Assembly (NCBI GenBank): GCA_964344655.1
Contig: CAYFOF010000001.1
Location: 159,773 to 223,772, forward strand
Direction of reading: 5' to 3'
DNA: 64,000 nt
Origin: Candidatus Woesearchaeota archaeon
Lineage (GTDB): Archaea > Nanobdellota > Nanobdellia > SCGC-AAA011-G17 > PNOQ01
Under the pieces are notes generated by a model. The model was not told the DNA's origin, ran no database searches, and saw only the letters and a program-made list of their open reading frames with translations. Positions within the stretch are counted from its first letter, which is position 1, and the number at the start of each line of letters is the position of its first letter. This document shows, piece by piece, positions 43,732 to 52,786 of the stretch. Position numbers and translations under genes: made by a program.

Positions 43732-44387
43732 AAGAACATAATGAAAAAAGTGCGTTTGGAAAAGCTTTAGTTTTGACTGTTGTGTTGTTTTTGGTTGGAG
43801 TATCTTTGGGAATTTTTATAGAATCTTATAGGAGCAGTTCTATTCGAGATCAGTATGAAGATTTGGAATTTGAATTATTAGATTCCAAGTTGAGAACTAA
43901 TTTTTATCAATTGATGGGAGAGGATTTTTGTGATATTGCTATTCAAGATAATTTAGAATTCTCAGATATGATTTATGAGGAAGGAAAGAAAATTGAAGTG
44001 TATGCAAGGTTTAATAGGTTGGGAGATAAATTAATTGAAGAGAAGAAAAAATATACTTTATTGAAAACTGAATTTTGGTTGAATAGTATTTTATTAAGAG
44101 ATAAATGTAATGAAGATTATGAAACTGTTGTGTATTTTTATTTAGATGACCCTGAAGATGATGATGTAAAACAATCTCAAAATGTGCAATCTAGAATTCT
44201 GGGAGAGTTAAAAGAAAAATATGGGGCAGATATTATGTTGATTCCTTTGCCTGCAGATTTAGAGGTTTCGGTTGTTGATGCTTTTGTTGAATTGAATGAT
44301 ATCACTATGTTCCCTACTGTTTTGATTAATGAAGAAATTAAGCTTGAAGGATTACATAGTTTGGAAGATATCGAAAAGTTAATATAA
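43725..44387 (+). CDS. membrane-anchored hypothetical protein overlapping the GT2 synthase gene
   Basis: One N-terminal TM (ALVLTVVLFLVGVSLGIFI) and an acidic extracytoplasmic domain. A 7-nt overlap with the synthase suggests co-translation. Confidence 0.45.
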   Translation: MVKEHNEKSAFGKALVLTVVLFLVGVSLGIFIESYRSSSIRDQYEDLEFELLDSKLRTNFYQLMGEDFCDIAIQDNLEFSDMIYEEGKKIEVYARFNRLGDKLIEEKKKYTLLKTEFWLNSILLRDKCNEDYETVVYFYLDDPEDDDVKQSQNVQSRILGELKEKYGADIMLIPLPADLEVSVVDAFVELNDITMFPTVLINEEIKLEGLHSLEDIEKLI

Positions 44388-44407
44388 TTCTTTTGATTTC
44401 CCTTTTT

Positions 44408-44863
44408 ATGGCAGGTTGTGATATGTGTGGAAAAGAGAGGGAATTAGTAGACGCTATTGTTGAGGGTGCTGTTGTTCAAGTTTGTTTGGAGTGTTCTAAG
44501 CATGGTAGTGTTGTTGCTATAAATCAGCCAGTGGTTGATAAAAAAATTGAATTTCAAAAAGAATTGGAATCTAAACCGGAATATGTTGATGTTATTGTTG
44601 GGGATTTTGATAAAAGAATTAAAGGTGCTAGAGAGAGAAAGGGATTAAATCAAGAGGATTTGGCTCAAGCTTTGGCAGAAAAAGAATCTGTTATCCATCA
44701 ATTAGAAACTGGTAAATTGAAGCCTAGTTTTAAATTAGCTAAGAAATTGTCTGTGTTTTTGAATATAGATTTAGTGGAAAGTGTTGAATCTAGTAAAAAT
44801 GTTCAAAAAGATGTTAGTTTTAAGGACGAGTCTGTTACTATCGGAGATTTGTTGAAGAAATAG
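44408..44863 (+). CDS. mbf1: archaeal multiprotein bridging factor 1 (MBF1)
   Basis: Zinc ribbon CDMCGK..CLECSKHG plus a Cro/C1 HTH (ARERKGLNQEDLAQALAEKESVIHQLETGK). Confidence 0.8.
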   Translation: MAGCDMCGKERELVDAIVEGAVVQVCLECSKHGSVVAINQPVVDKKIEFQKELESKPEYVDVIVGDFDKRIKGARERKGLNQEDLAQALAEKESVIHQLETGKLKPSFKLAKKLSVFLNIDLVESVESSKNVQKDVSFKDESVTIGDLLKK

Positions 44864-44876
44864 AAAGCTTTAAAAG
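44863..44876 (+). promoter_or_regulatory. BRE/TATA-like element (GAAAGCTTTAAAAG) upstream of rpoL
   Basis: Matches the AAAG-N-TTTWWA consensus seen elsewhere in the window. It lies about 37 nt upstream of the ATG at 44905. Confidence 0.4.
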
Positions 44877-44904
44877 TGCTTATTTTTCCTTTTTTTCGAT
44901 TAAA

Positions 44905-45162
44905 ATGGAACTAAAAATTTTATCATCAGAAAAGGATTCTTTGAAAATTGAGCTGATTGGTGAGGACCATACTTTGGCGAATGCATTGAGAAATCAATTA
45001 TGGAAGGATTCTGGCCTTAAAATGGCAGGTTATAATATTGAACATCCATTGGTGAGTAATCCTGTATTGATAGTTGAAGGGAATGATCCAAAAAAGATGT
45101 TGTCTAATGCTGTTGCTGAGTTGAAGAAGAACAATTCAGAACTTATCAAAGTCTTAAAGTGA
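44905..45162 (+). CDS. rpoL: DNA-directed RNA polymerase subunit L (Rpo11)
   Basis: LKIELIGEDHTLANALRNQL...GYNIEHPL is the RpoL/Rpb11 signature. 85 aa. Confidence 0.85.
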   Translation: MELKILSSEKDSLKIELIGEDHTLANALRNQLWKDSGLKMAGYNIEHPLVSNPVLIVEGNDPKKMLSNAVAELKKNNSELIKVLK

Positions 45163-45737
45163 AGCTTAAAAAATTTTTAAAAGATGCGTGGAATTTTATT
45201 TGGCATAGTGATTCTTTACTTAGTTGGATTGTAGCATTTATTTTAGCATTTATAATTGTAAAATATGTTATTTATGTTGGTCTTGGATTAATTTTTGGGA
45301 CTGGATTTCCTATTGTTGCAGTAGTTTCTGGAAGCATGGAACATGAAGGGATGGATTTTGATTCTTGGTGGGATGAAAATTATAGATGGTATGAATCTAA
45401 TGATATTTCTAAAGAAGATTTTAATGAATTTTCGTTTAAGAATGGTTTCAATAAAGGAGATATTATGATTTTATTTGGAACTGAAGCGAAAGATATAAAT
45501 AAAGGAGATATACTTGTTTTTGAAGCAAATTCGAAGTACCCTGTGATACATAGGACTGTTAAAATTTGGTCCCAAGGAGATGAAATGCATTTCCAAACAA
45601 AAGGAGATAATAATCCTCGGGTATTTTCGGAACTTGGAGAGAATGATATTGCTGAAGATAAGATCGTTGGGAAAGCAGTATTTAGAATACCTCTTTTGGG
45701 GTGGGTAAAAATAATCTTTACGGAGTTGATAGGATGA
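45159..45737 (+). CDS. signal peptidase I, archaeal/eukaryotic Sec11 (SipW-like) type
   Basis: N-terminal TM, VVSGSMEHEG (catalytic Ser), GDILVF, VIHRTV (catalytic His) and TKGDNN. Confidence 0.8.
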   Translation: MKLKKFLKDAWNFIWHSDSLLSWIVAFILAFIIVKYVIYVGLGLIFGTGFPIVAVVSGSMEHEGMDFDSWWDENYRWYESNDISKEDFNEFSFKNGFNKGDIMILFGTEAKDINKGDILVFEANSKYPVIHRTVKIWSQGDEMHFQTKGDNNPRVFSELGENDIAEDKIVGKAVFRIPLLGWVKIIFTELIG

Positions 45738-46054
45738 TAGCGAATTTATTTTGTGGAAAGTGTGGGACAATGATGTTGCCTTCTGGCAAAAAATTAAAGT
45801 GTAGTAGTTGTGGATATTCTCCTAGGGGAAAACCAGATAATGTTATTCTTAAGGAAAAGATTGAATTATCTAAAGATCAAGCAATAGAAGTTCAAGATAA
45901 AAAAGTAGAAACTTTACCAAAGATTAAGGAAGAATGCCCTAAATGTAAAGGAAAATTTGCTTATTATTGGACTTTGCAAACGAGATCAAGTGATGAATCT
46001 GAGACTAGATTTTTTGAGTGTGTTAAATGTTCTCATAGATGGAGAGCTTATTAA
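45734..46054 (+). CDS. tfs: transcription factor S (TFS / RpoM-like)
   Basis: N-terminal ribbon FCGKCGTMM..LKCSSCGY and C-terminal CPKCKG..YYWTLQTRSSDESETRFFECVKCSHRWR. Its ATG overlaps the peptidase stop. Confidence 0.85.
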   Translation: MIANLFCGKCGTMMLPSGKKLKCSSCGYSPRGKPDNVILKEKIELSKDQAIEVQDKKVETLPKIKEECPKCKGKFAYYWTLQTRSSDESETRFFECVKCSHRWRAY

Positions 46055-46108
46055 TATATTCTTTAGAATAGGAATAGTTAAAAATCTATTCTGTTTTTCT
46101 TTTTTGAA

Positions 46109-46855
46109 ATGAAATTTGTTTTATCTGAGCCAAAATTGTTGAAGGATAGTATTGGAGTAATATCTGATTTAGTTAGTGATGTTAAAATAAAATTTGATTC
46201 CGATAAATTAGAAATTGTTGCGATGGACCCAGCGAATGTTGCAATGGTTGTTTTTAGATTGTTGAGTAGTTCTTTTATTGAATATGATGTTAAAGAAGGA
46301 GATAGTATTGTTTTAAGTTTGGATAGTTTGAAACAAGTTTTGGGTAGATCTAAGGCTAGTGATAGTGTTGTTTTTGAATTAAACGAAGAGACTAATAAAT
46401 TAAATATTCGTTTTGAAGGAGAAACGAAAAGAAATTTTAATTTGTCTTTATTGGAAAGTGCGGCAGGAGATCAAAAAGTTCCTGAATTGGATTTTCCGGG
46501 TTCTGTTGAATTGAATACTTTTGTTTTTAATGATGCGATAGATGATATGGATATTATTTCGGATTCTATTATTTTGAATTTGAGTAAAGAGGGATTGATG
46601 ATGGAATCTGTTGGGAACACTAGTGATGCTAAAGCAAATCTTTCTGTAAAAGAAGGGGGAGATTTAACATGCACAGACGATCCTATAAAATCAAAATATT
46701 CTATTGAATACCTTAAAAAAATTGCAAAAGGTGGCAAACTTGCTAGTAATGTTGTTTTAAAATTTGGACAAGACTATCCATTACAAATTGAGTATAAAGT
46801 GCAAGATAAATTGAGTTTGACAACTATTTTAGCCCCTCGTGTGAGCAACGATTGA
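46109..46855 (+). CDS. pcn: DNA polymerase sliding clamp PCNA
   Basis: 248 aa with a two-domain PCNA pattern (KLLKDSIGVISDLVSDVKIKFDSDKLEIVAMDPANVAMVVFRL; C-terminal LAPRV). Confidence 0.85.
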   Translation: MKFVLSEPKLLKDSIGVISDLVSDVKIKFDSDKLEIVAMDPANVAMVVFRLLSSSFIEYDVKEGDSIVLSLDSLKQVLGRSKASDSVVFELNEETNKLNIRFEGETKRNFNLSLLESAAGDQKVPELDFPGSVELNTFVFNDAIDDMDIISDSIILNLSKEGLMMESVGNTSDAKANLSVKEGGDLTCTDDPIKSKYSIEYLKKIAKGGKLASNVVLKFGQDYPLQIEYKVQDKLSLTTILAPRVSND

Positions 46856-46857
46856 TA

Positions 46858-46873
46858 GAAAGGTATTTAAATG
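46858..46873 (+). promoter_or_regulatory. BRE/TATA-like element (GAAAGGTATTTAAATG) about 29 nt upstream of the ATG at 46894
   Basis: Same motif and spacing as other promoters in the window. Supports M15 of ORF 46852 as the true start. Confidence 0.5.
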
Positions 46874-46893
46874 TTAATTCAGATTTTATTTTT

Positions 46894-47736
46894 ATGAAAA
46901 AGAGAGGGCAGGTAACTATTTTTATTGTATTGGGAATTATCGTTTTAGTTGTGTTTGGTTTGTTATTTGCTCTGCGTGTTGATTTTGTTGAAGATCTTTT
47001 TGGAGGGGAGTCTGGAAGGCAGTTTGATTCAGTAGATATTGAGGCTGTTAAAGATTCTATATCTTTTTGTGTTGAAGGTTCTTTATTAGACGCAGTTAAT
47101 CATGTTTCTAATCGTGGTGGATATTTTTCACCAATTAATTCTAGTTTTTATGCGAGAGATGTTTATGGGGTTTTAGTTACTTATGCATGGACTTCTGATT
47201 ATGGTACAAGGTTGCCTAGTTTGACGGGATTGGGAGAACAAATTAAAATTTATATGGATGATTCTGATAATCGTGCTTTGATTGAAGAGTGTATTGATAA
47301 ACAATTAGAAATTTATGAAGATAGTTGGGATTTTGAAAATGTAAATGAATTTGAGTTTAAGGTTCCAAGAGTTTCTGAAAATAGTATTAAACAAGAAATA
47401 ATTTATCCTGCTAGCAAAGTTTTATCTGTTAAAGGACGTAATGGCGTAGCAACAACAACCGAAGTTTTGGCAGAACTAGATATCGCTTTGGGTCAAGCAC
47501 AAAATGTTGCGAATGAAATTGTAGATTGTTTTAACGGAAATGGATTTAGTAATGAATATTGTAATCAAGAAGGAGTTCCGTTTAGAATGAGTGTTTATAA
47601 TCTTTTAAATTATAGAAATGTGATTGGAATGTTAGAAGGAGATTGCGGAGGAGAATGTTTAGAATGTTATATCTTGAAGATTCCTGTTGAGGATGGAGAT
47701 GATATTTCATTTAATGTTAATATGAAAACATGTTAG
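46894..47736 (+). CDS. class III signal peptide (pilin-like) protein, 280 aa
   Basis: MKKRGQ|VTIFIVLGIIVLVVFGLLFAL is a prepilin-type N-terminus. The C-terminus is Cys-rich (CGGECLECY). Confidence 0.6.
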   Translation: MKKRGQVTIFIVLGIIVLVVFGLLFALRVDFVEDLFGGESGRQFDSVDIEAVKDSISFCVEGSLLDAVNHVSNRGGYFSPINSSFYARDVYGVLVTYAWTSDYGTRLPSLTGLGEQIKIYMDDSDNRALIEECIDKQLEIYEDSWDFENVNEFEFKVPRVSENSIKQEIIYPASKVLSVKGRNGVATTTEVLAELDIALGQAQNVANEIVDCFNGNGFSNEYCNQEGVPFRMSVYNLLNYRNVIGMLEGDCGGECLECYILKIPVEDGDDISFNVNMKTC

Positions 47737-50700
47737 GAATATATAAAAAAGGGATTTCAGTATTTATGTCTTTTTTAATAGTGTTTTCTACATTAGGTTT
47801 TGTTTCTGCTGATAGTCCTATTCCAGTTAGTTGTTGTTTAGATGATGGACAAGGAAATTTTTGTAGTACTTTAGAAGATGGCCAAGGTCCTGAAGTTTGT
47901 TCTTCTGAAAATTTAAGAAGTGGTTCTTGTGATTTAATTTCTCAGTGTAATGTTGGAACTTGTGTTCCTCCTGATGGCGGGGCGTGTTTATCTGATTATA
48001 CCAATGAACAATGTGATTCTATTGGTGGAGAATTTTATAATGCAATTGAAAGAGATGTTCCTGCTTGTCAATTGGGTTGTTGTGCAGATAGTTTAGAGTG
48101 TGGAATAATGCAACAACAAGAATGTAATGGAAATTTTGTTAGTTCTATAACTGATCCTGGGGCTTGTTTATTAGAATGTAGGCCTGAAACTACTGGATGT
48201 TGTGTTGAATCTAATTCTTGTAGTTATCAAACTGCTGAAGATAGTTGTAGTGGAGAATTTTTGCCTGATCAATTTTGTTATGAAAGAGATTTTTGTAATG
48301 AAAGATATGAAAGTCATGCGTATACTTATTTAGGTGATGCTAGAATTGTTCCAGAATCTGATATTGATGTTTATTGGTATGACTCTAATGGAAATATGGA
48401 AGAAAGAGTTGGAGATGTTGATAGACGTACTGGAGAAGTAGTTCCAATTCCTGGAGTGCCAGAAGGATTGCAATTGAAGGGAGATTGTGATTATCCTGAT
48501 GAAATTGCTTTTGATGCCGATGGTGCAAAAGGAGGGAAAGAAAATGCTTATTGTAAATCAACTGCGTGTGTTGTTGAATGTGAGAATTGTGAACCTTCCT
48601 CTTTCAAAAATGGAGAAACTATTTGTTTGAATATTTTTGGAGGACAATATAGTAACGAAAAGAGAAGTACTGCTTTGAGAGAATATATTTTATCTTGTGT
48701 TAATGGAGAGATACAAGCAGATGAATTAATTGAAGAAAGATCAGAAAGAATTTGTATTGATGATTCTAAAGATTTTAATGGTGTTGAGAGAATGTATGCT
48801 CGTGCTGATATTGAGAACAGATGGGAAGAATGTTTAACTTGTGGAGAGGGTGGAACATTTGATTGGTCTGGATATATTCCTGGATCTGGTGGATTAATTT
48901 TATCAGGGTTAGGAGATTGGTGTGCATCTGAAGATGGTGGTTTATTTGGTTCAGTACCTGGAAATGTTGGAGGTTCTGAAAAGTGTGAAGACTTTGGTGA
49001 TGATCAAGGTGTTGAAATGTGTTATTATGATTCTGATTTATGGTCTCCGCTAGGAAGTTGTAACCCTATTTATCCTCCTGCGAAAAGTTCTGAAGAACAA
49101 TGTGGAAAATGTGGTGGCGGAGGAGATAGTACCACAAATTTATGTACTGAACAAGAATGTAATGCTTTAGGAGATTGTCAATTTGAAGAGAGTGGCGCAT
49201 TTAGTAGTGGATTGTTAGCTTCTGGTGCATTAGCTTTAGGAAGTGCAGTTGGAGTTACCACATTAGGATATGCTTTTTGCCAATCTGTTGCATTTATTGG
49301 TTTTGAAACTTGTACTGTTGCTGTTGGACAGACTGTAACTCAATGGTTATTTGGAAGTAGTTTGTATTGGGGAGTAGCTGGAATGGTTTTAGGTACTGCT
49401 GCTGCAGATCAAAGCGATTATCAAGAATTAGATGAGTATGGTTATTCTTTCGAAAAAGAAAATGGAAAATATGATTTGGCTGCAATGATATCTTTTGCTC
49501 GTGCTTTAGAGTATGCTTTAGGAGATGAAGAGTCAGTAGAGTTAGGAGAAGATTTAGGAGAGATTGATGGTGGAAATCCTTGGGTTGCTGGAACTGCTGG
49601 AGGGTTATTAAATCTTGCTGCATATACTTTAACTAAAATTAATACTTTTGATGAAATATTATTTAATGTGGGTAGTTCATCTATACAAGATCTTGCTTTT
49701 GCGTTTGGAATTCCAAGAACTATTGGTGCTAAATTTTTCCAAGCTATGCAAAGTGTTGCGGGTATTTCTACGATATACTCTGTTTCTGAATCTATGAATA
49801 CTGGAAGTTGTGTTCCTGAAACTGCGTATACTAATAGTGATCATTGTGGAGAATGTGGTGGTGCTGAAGGACAATTTTTCTGTACTAGAGATAGGTGTGA
49901 TATTTTGGGTGGTGATGCAGGATATTGTCATTTTGAACCTAAGTTAGATGGAACTGACGATGGGATTTGTTTGCCTTCTGATCCTACAGATACAACTCCT
50001 CCAGAAATTACATATATGAATTTGAAGATGCATGATTTAGATAATTCTTTAACTGGAGAATTTGAGGTTGATGGAAATCAAATGACTACAGATTCCTTTG
50101 CATGGTTTGATGCTGTTCAGGTTAAAATAAATCTTACAACCGATGAGCCTTCAAAATGTGCAGCTGCGTTTGAAAGTGAATTAACATATGAAAGCATGGC
50201 TAGTGGAGAATTGAAGTTTGATGGATTCTTTGAAAATAGTCATGAGATAATGTTTAATTTAACATCTCAACAAAAAATGGATGGAGAAAATACTCTTTAT
50301 ATTAAATGTACTGATGTAAGTGGTGCAGCTACTGGTGAGAATGATGATAGCAATTGGATTAAAATGATATTTGGGGAAGAACCAAATGATGTTCCTCCGG
50401 AAATAATAGATATAGATCCTGCTGATGTTTTGAATTTGCCTGCTGGTACTTCAGAAGTTGAATTAAAACTAATTGTTGAAGATAGGAGAGATGAAGTTAC
50501 TGAATGTAAATATGCTGTTGCAGATGTTACAAATTATAACGATGATGGTGGAGAGGTTACATATGTTGCTAACTATGAAGATTTAAATCAATTGTTTACA
50601 AGAACTGGTACAAGAAGTTGTCCTGGATCTTCATTGCCTGATGATTGTACAGAATTTAGAGCAAATATTGTATTTGATGAATCAGAATCTCAAGAAATAG

Positions 50701-51383
50701 ATTTAACAGATTTAGGTTATGAAGAAAATGGAGTTGTTTACCCTTACACATTTGGATGTAAAGATAGTTATGATAATCCTACTTTAGTTGAGTATTCATT
50801 TTCAGTTTATCCTGGATATGAAATGGATATTGTTTATCCGGAAGAAGGAATGCAAATTTATGACAGTACACCAGAAATAAATATTACTTCAGATGTTCCG
50901 GTTTATTGTAGGTATAAACTTGATAGTGCAGAAAATTGGACTGATTTGAATGCTGGTGTTGGATTAGAATTTTATAATAATGAAGTGGAAGATTCTTTGA
51001 GTGCTAGTGTTGCGGGAGTTTCACATAATTTGGTTGTTAATTGTAGAGATTTAGGAAATGATGTTGTTGAGAAGAGTGTAAATTTCTTTGTATTGTCTGA
51101 TGCCGCGGCTCCAGCAATTACAAGAGTTTATACAACTAGTCTATTTGGAAGTGGAAAATTACATATAGAACTAAATGAAGATGCAGAATGTAAATATGAT
51201 ACTTCTGAAAGTGATTTTAATTTTGAAGATGAAGGCACTTTAATGAATGCAGTTCCTCCTGTTTATAGTGTTGATGATAGAATTTTATCAGATCATCAAA
51301 CTGCAATATGGGATTCTTTCAAATATTATATTAAATGTAGAGATGAATGGGATAATGAAGGAAGTTATACTATCTATCCATAA
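47730..51383 (+). CDS. 1217-aa cysteine-rich surface protein with an internal hydrophobic Gly/Ala-rich region and four C-terminal Ig-like modules
   Basis: N-terminus YKKG|ISVFMSFLIVFSTLGFVSA (Sec or class III signal). About 60 Cys fall in the first 460 aa. Three C-x2-CG-x-GG motifs. A hydrophobic block spans residues 487-690. Repeated ..(E/Y)C(K/R)Y.. Ig-like modules follow. Confidence 0.6.
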   Translation: MLGIYKKGISVFMSFLIVFSTLGFVSADSPIPVSCCLDDGQGNFCSTLEDGQGPEVCSSENLRSGSCDLISQCNVGTCVPPDGGACLSDYTNEQCDSIGGEFYNAIERDVPACQLGCCADSLECGIMQQQECNGNFVSSITDPGACLLECRPETTGCCVESNSCSYQTAEDSCSGEFLPDQFCYERDFCNERYESHAYTYLGDARIVPESDIDVYWYDSNGNMEERVGDVDRRTGEVVPIPGVPEGLQLKGDCDYPDEIAFDADGAKGGKENAYCKSTACVVECENCEPSSFKNGETICLNIFGGQYSNEKRSTALREYILSCVNGEIQADELIEERSERICIDDSKDFNGVERMYARADIENRWEECLTCGEGGTFDWSGYIPGSGGLILSGLGDWCASEDGGLFGSVPGNVGGSEKCEDFGDDQGVEMCYYDSDLWSPLGSCNPIYPPAKSSEEQCGKCGGGGDSTTNLCTEQECNALGDCQFEESGAFSSGLLASGALALGSAVGVTTLGYAFCQSVAFIGFETCTVAVGQTVTQWLFGSSLYWGVAGMVLGTAAADQSDYQELDEYGYSFEKENGKYDLAAMISFARALEYALGDEESVELGEDLGEIDGGNPWVAGTAGGLLNLAAYTLTKINTFDEILFNVGSSSIQDLAFAFGIPRTIGAKFFQAMQSVAGISTIYSVSESMNTGSCVPETAYTNSDHCGECGGAEGQFFCTRDRCDILGGDAGYCHFEPKLDGTDDGICLPSDPTDTTPPEITYMNLKMHDLDNSLTGEFEVDGNQMTTDSFAWFDAVQVKINLTTDEPSKCAAAFESELTYESMASGELKFDGFFENSHEIMFNLTSQQKMDGENTLYIKCTDVSGAATGENDDSNWIKMIFGEEPNDVPPEIIDIDPADVLNLPAGTSEVELKLIVEDRRDEVTECKYAVADVTNYNDDGGEVTYVANYEDLNQLFTRTGTRSCPGSSLPDDCTEFRANIVFDESESQEIDLTDLGYEENGVVYPYTFGCKDSYDNPTLVEYSFSVYPGYEMDIVYPEEGMQIYDSTPEINITSDVPVYCRYKLDSAENWTDLNAGVGLEFYNNEVEDSLSASVAGVSHNLVVNCRDLGNDVVEKSVNFFVLSDAAAPAITRVYTTSLFGSGKLHIELNEDAECKYDTSESDFNFEDEGTLMNAVPPVYSVDDRILSDHQTAIWDSFKYYIKCRDEWDNEGSYTIYP

Positions 51384-51400
51384 ACCTTTTGAAAAGGTTT
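51382..51400. promoter_or_regulatory. perfect palindrome AAACCTTTT-G-AAAAGGTTT immediately after the stop codon
   Basis: 9-nt arms, starting 1 nt after the TAA at 51381-51383. Either a terminator-like hairpin or a dimeric protein-binding site. Confidence 0.45.
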
Positions 51401-51441
51401 ATCATCCCAAAATAATCCTTAAGAAGGATTATCATTCCAAA
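51394..51441 (+). repeat. 18-nt direct repeat (AAGGTTTATCATCCCAAA / AAGGATTATCATTCCAAA), copies 30 nt apart
   Basis: 16 of 18 positions are identical. The first copy overlaps the right arm of the palindrome, and the second ends 9 nt before the ATG at 51450. Confidence 0.6.
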
Positions 51442-51449
51442 CTAGAAAA

Positions 51450-51920
51450 ATGAAAAAAGGACAAATTATGGGGCAACCGATTATATACATTTTCTATGCG
51501 GTAGTTGCTGCCATGATATTATTTTTTGGGATTAGAGTTATTATTGGTTTGCAAGATACTGGGGATGATGTTGAATATGCTAGTTTTATTTCTGATTTGA
51601 AAGCTTCAATTGAGACTGTTTATAATGATGCTAGTGGAAGTACTTATGGTTTGGAAAGAATTACTGTCCCTAGAGATATAATTGAAGTTTGTTTTGTTGG
51701 AGATTATGAAGAAGATGTTGTTGGCGATCCTGAATTAGACCAGAGGATACAATTAATAGATGATTATTCTGAAGATAATTTGTTCTTCGGCGGGGTTGAA
51801 ATTGATAAGCACAAATATAAAATAGATGTTGTTGTGAATGGAATTATTTGTGATAGTACAAGGGATAGGAAATTAAATTTAATTCTAGAAAATATGGGAA
51901 CTTATGTTGAAGTTAAATAA
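51450..51920 (+). CDS. class III signal peptide (pilin-like) protein, 156 aa
   Basis: MKKGQ|IMGQPIIYIFYAVVAAMILFFGIRVI. Confidence 0.55.
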   Translation: MKKGQIMGQPIIYIFYAVVAAMILFFGIRVIIGLQDTGDDVEYASFISDLKASIETVYNDASGSTYGLERITVPRDIIEVCFVGDYEEDVVGDPELDQRIQLIDDYSEDNLFFGGVEIDKHKYKIDVVVNGIICDSTRDRKLNLILENMGTYVEVK

Positions 51921-51955
51921 AAATATATTTAAATGGTTATTTTCATTTTTAGCTT

Positions 51956-52786
51956 ATGAATAAAAGAGGTCAATTAGATGTTCAGTTTAATTTAGTTTTT
52001 GTTATTATAGTTGGGATAATTGTCTTTGCTTTTTTTATGTTTTTTTTATTTAAGTATATGGAGTTAGAAGAACATAAAGAGGCAGTTGAAATTAGTAGAA
52101 GTATTGATGGAATAATAACTGGATTGAAAACTCAAACACAGTATAAGGAATTGGATGTCAATTATAATTTTAATTTAGATGTTAATTGTAATGAAATAGT
52201 TATTAATAATCAAATTCCAGGACAAGAAATTAATTCTATTTTCTTTGGTAGTTCTGGAAGTGATAATAATTTGTTAATTTGGTCTCAAGAACTTAGTAAT
52301 GGATTTAGTATTGATAATTTACTTTATTTAGTTGATTTAAATAAGAAATATTATTCTAATAATATTGGGTTTTTTAATCCTGAAATGGTTGATGTTGGAA
52401 GTAATGTTGATTATGATGTTGGGGTTTATTTTGGAGAATGTCCTTCTGTTTCTGGGAAAAAAATAATTTGTGTTGATCAAGATTTAGTAGACGGAGAGAG
52501 TTATTCTTTATTTGATGATTCTTTGATTTATGGGGCCGCATTTTCTGATTTAGAACAATTTGAATGTAGTTATTCTAGGATTGTTTCTAAGTGGATTAAC
52601 TTGTTTGATATTTATATTAGTAAAAATTCTGTGATGAATGATTGTTCTGGAGTTAGATATTCTATTGATGTTGAGTTGAGAGCTTTACGTTCTTCTTTAG
52701 TTTTAGGAAATTATGATATTGATGTTTCTAATTTAGTTGATTTAAATTATAGGTTGAGTGATTCTGGTTGTGGGGTGTTATTTTAA
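51956..52786 (+). CDS. class III signal peptide (pilin-like) protein, 276 aa
   Basis: MNKRGQ|LDVQFNLVFVIIVGIIVFAFFMFFLF. Confidence 0.6.
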   Translation: MNKRGQLDVQFNLVFVIIVGIIVFAFFMFFLFKYMELEEHKEAVEISRSIDGIITGLKTQTQYKELDVNYNFNLDVNCNEIVINNQIPGQEINSIFFGSSGSDNNLLIWSQELSNGFSIDNLLYLVDLNKKYYSNNIGFFNPEMVDVGSNVDYDVGVYFGECPSVSGKKIICVDQDLVDGESYSLFDDSLIYGAAFSDLEQFECSYSRIVSKWINLFDIYISKNSVMNDCSGVRYSIDVELRALRSSLVLGNYDIDVSNLVDLNYRLSDSGCGVLF

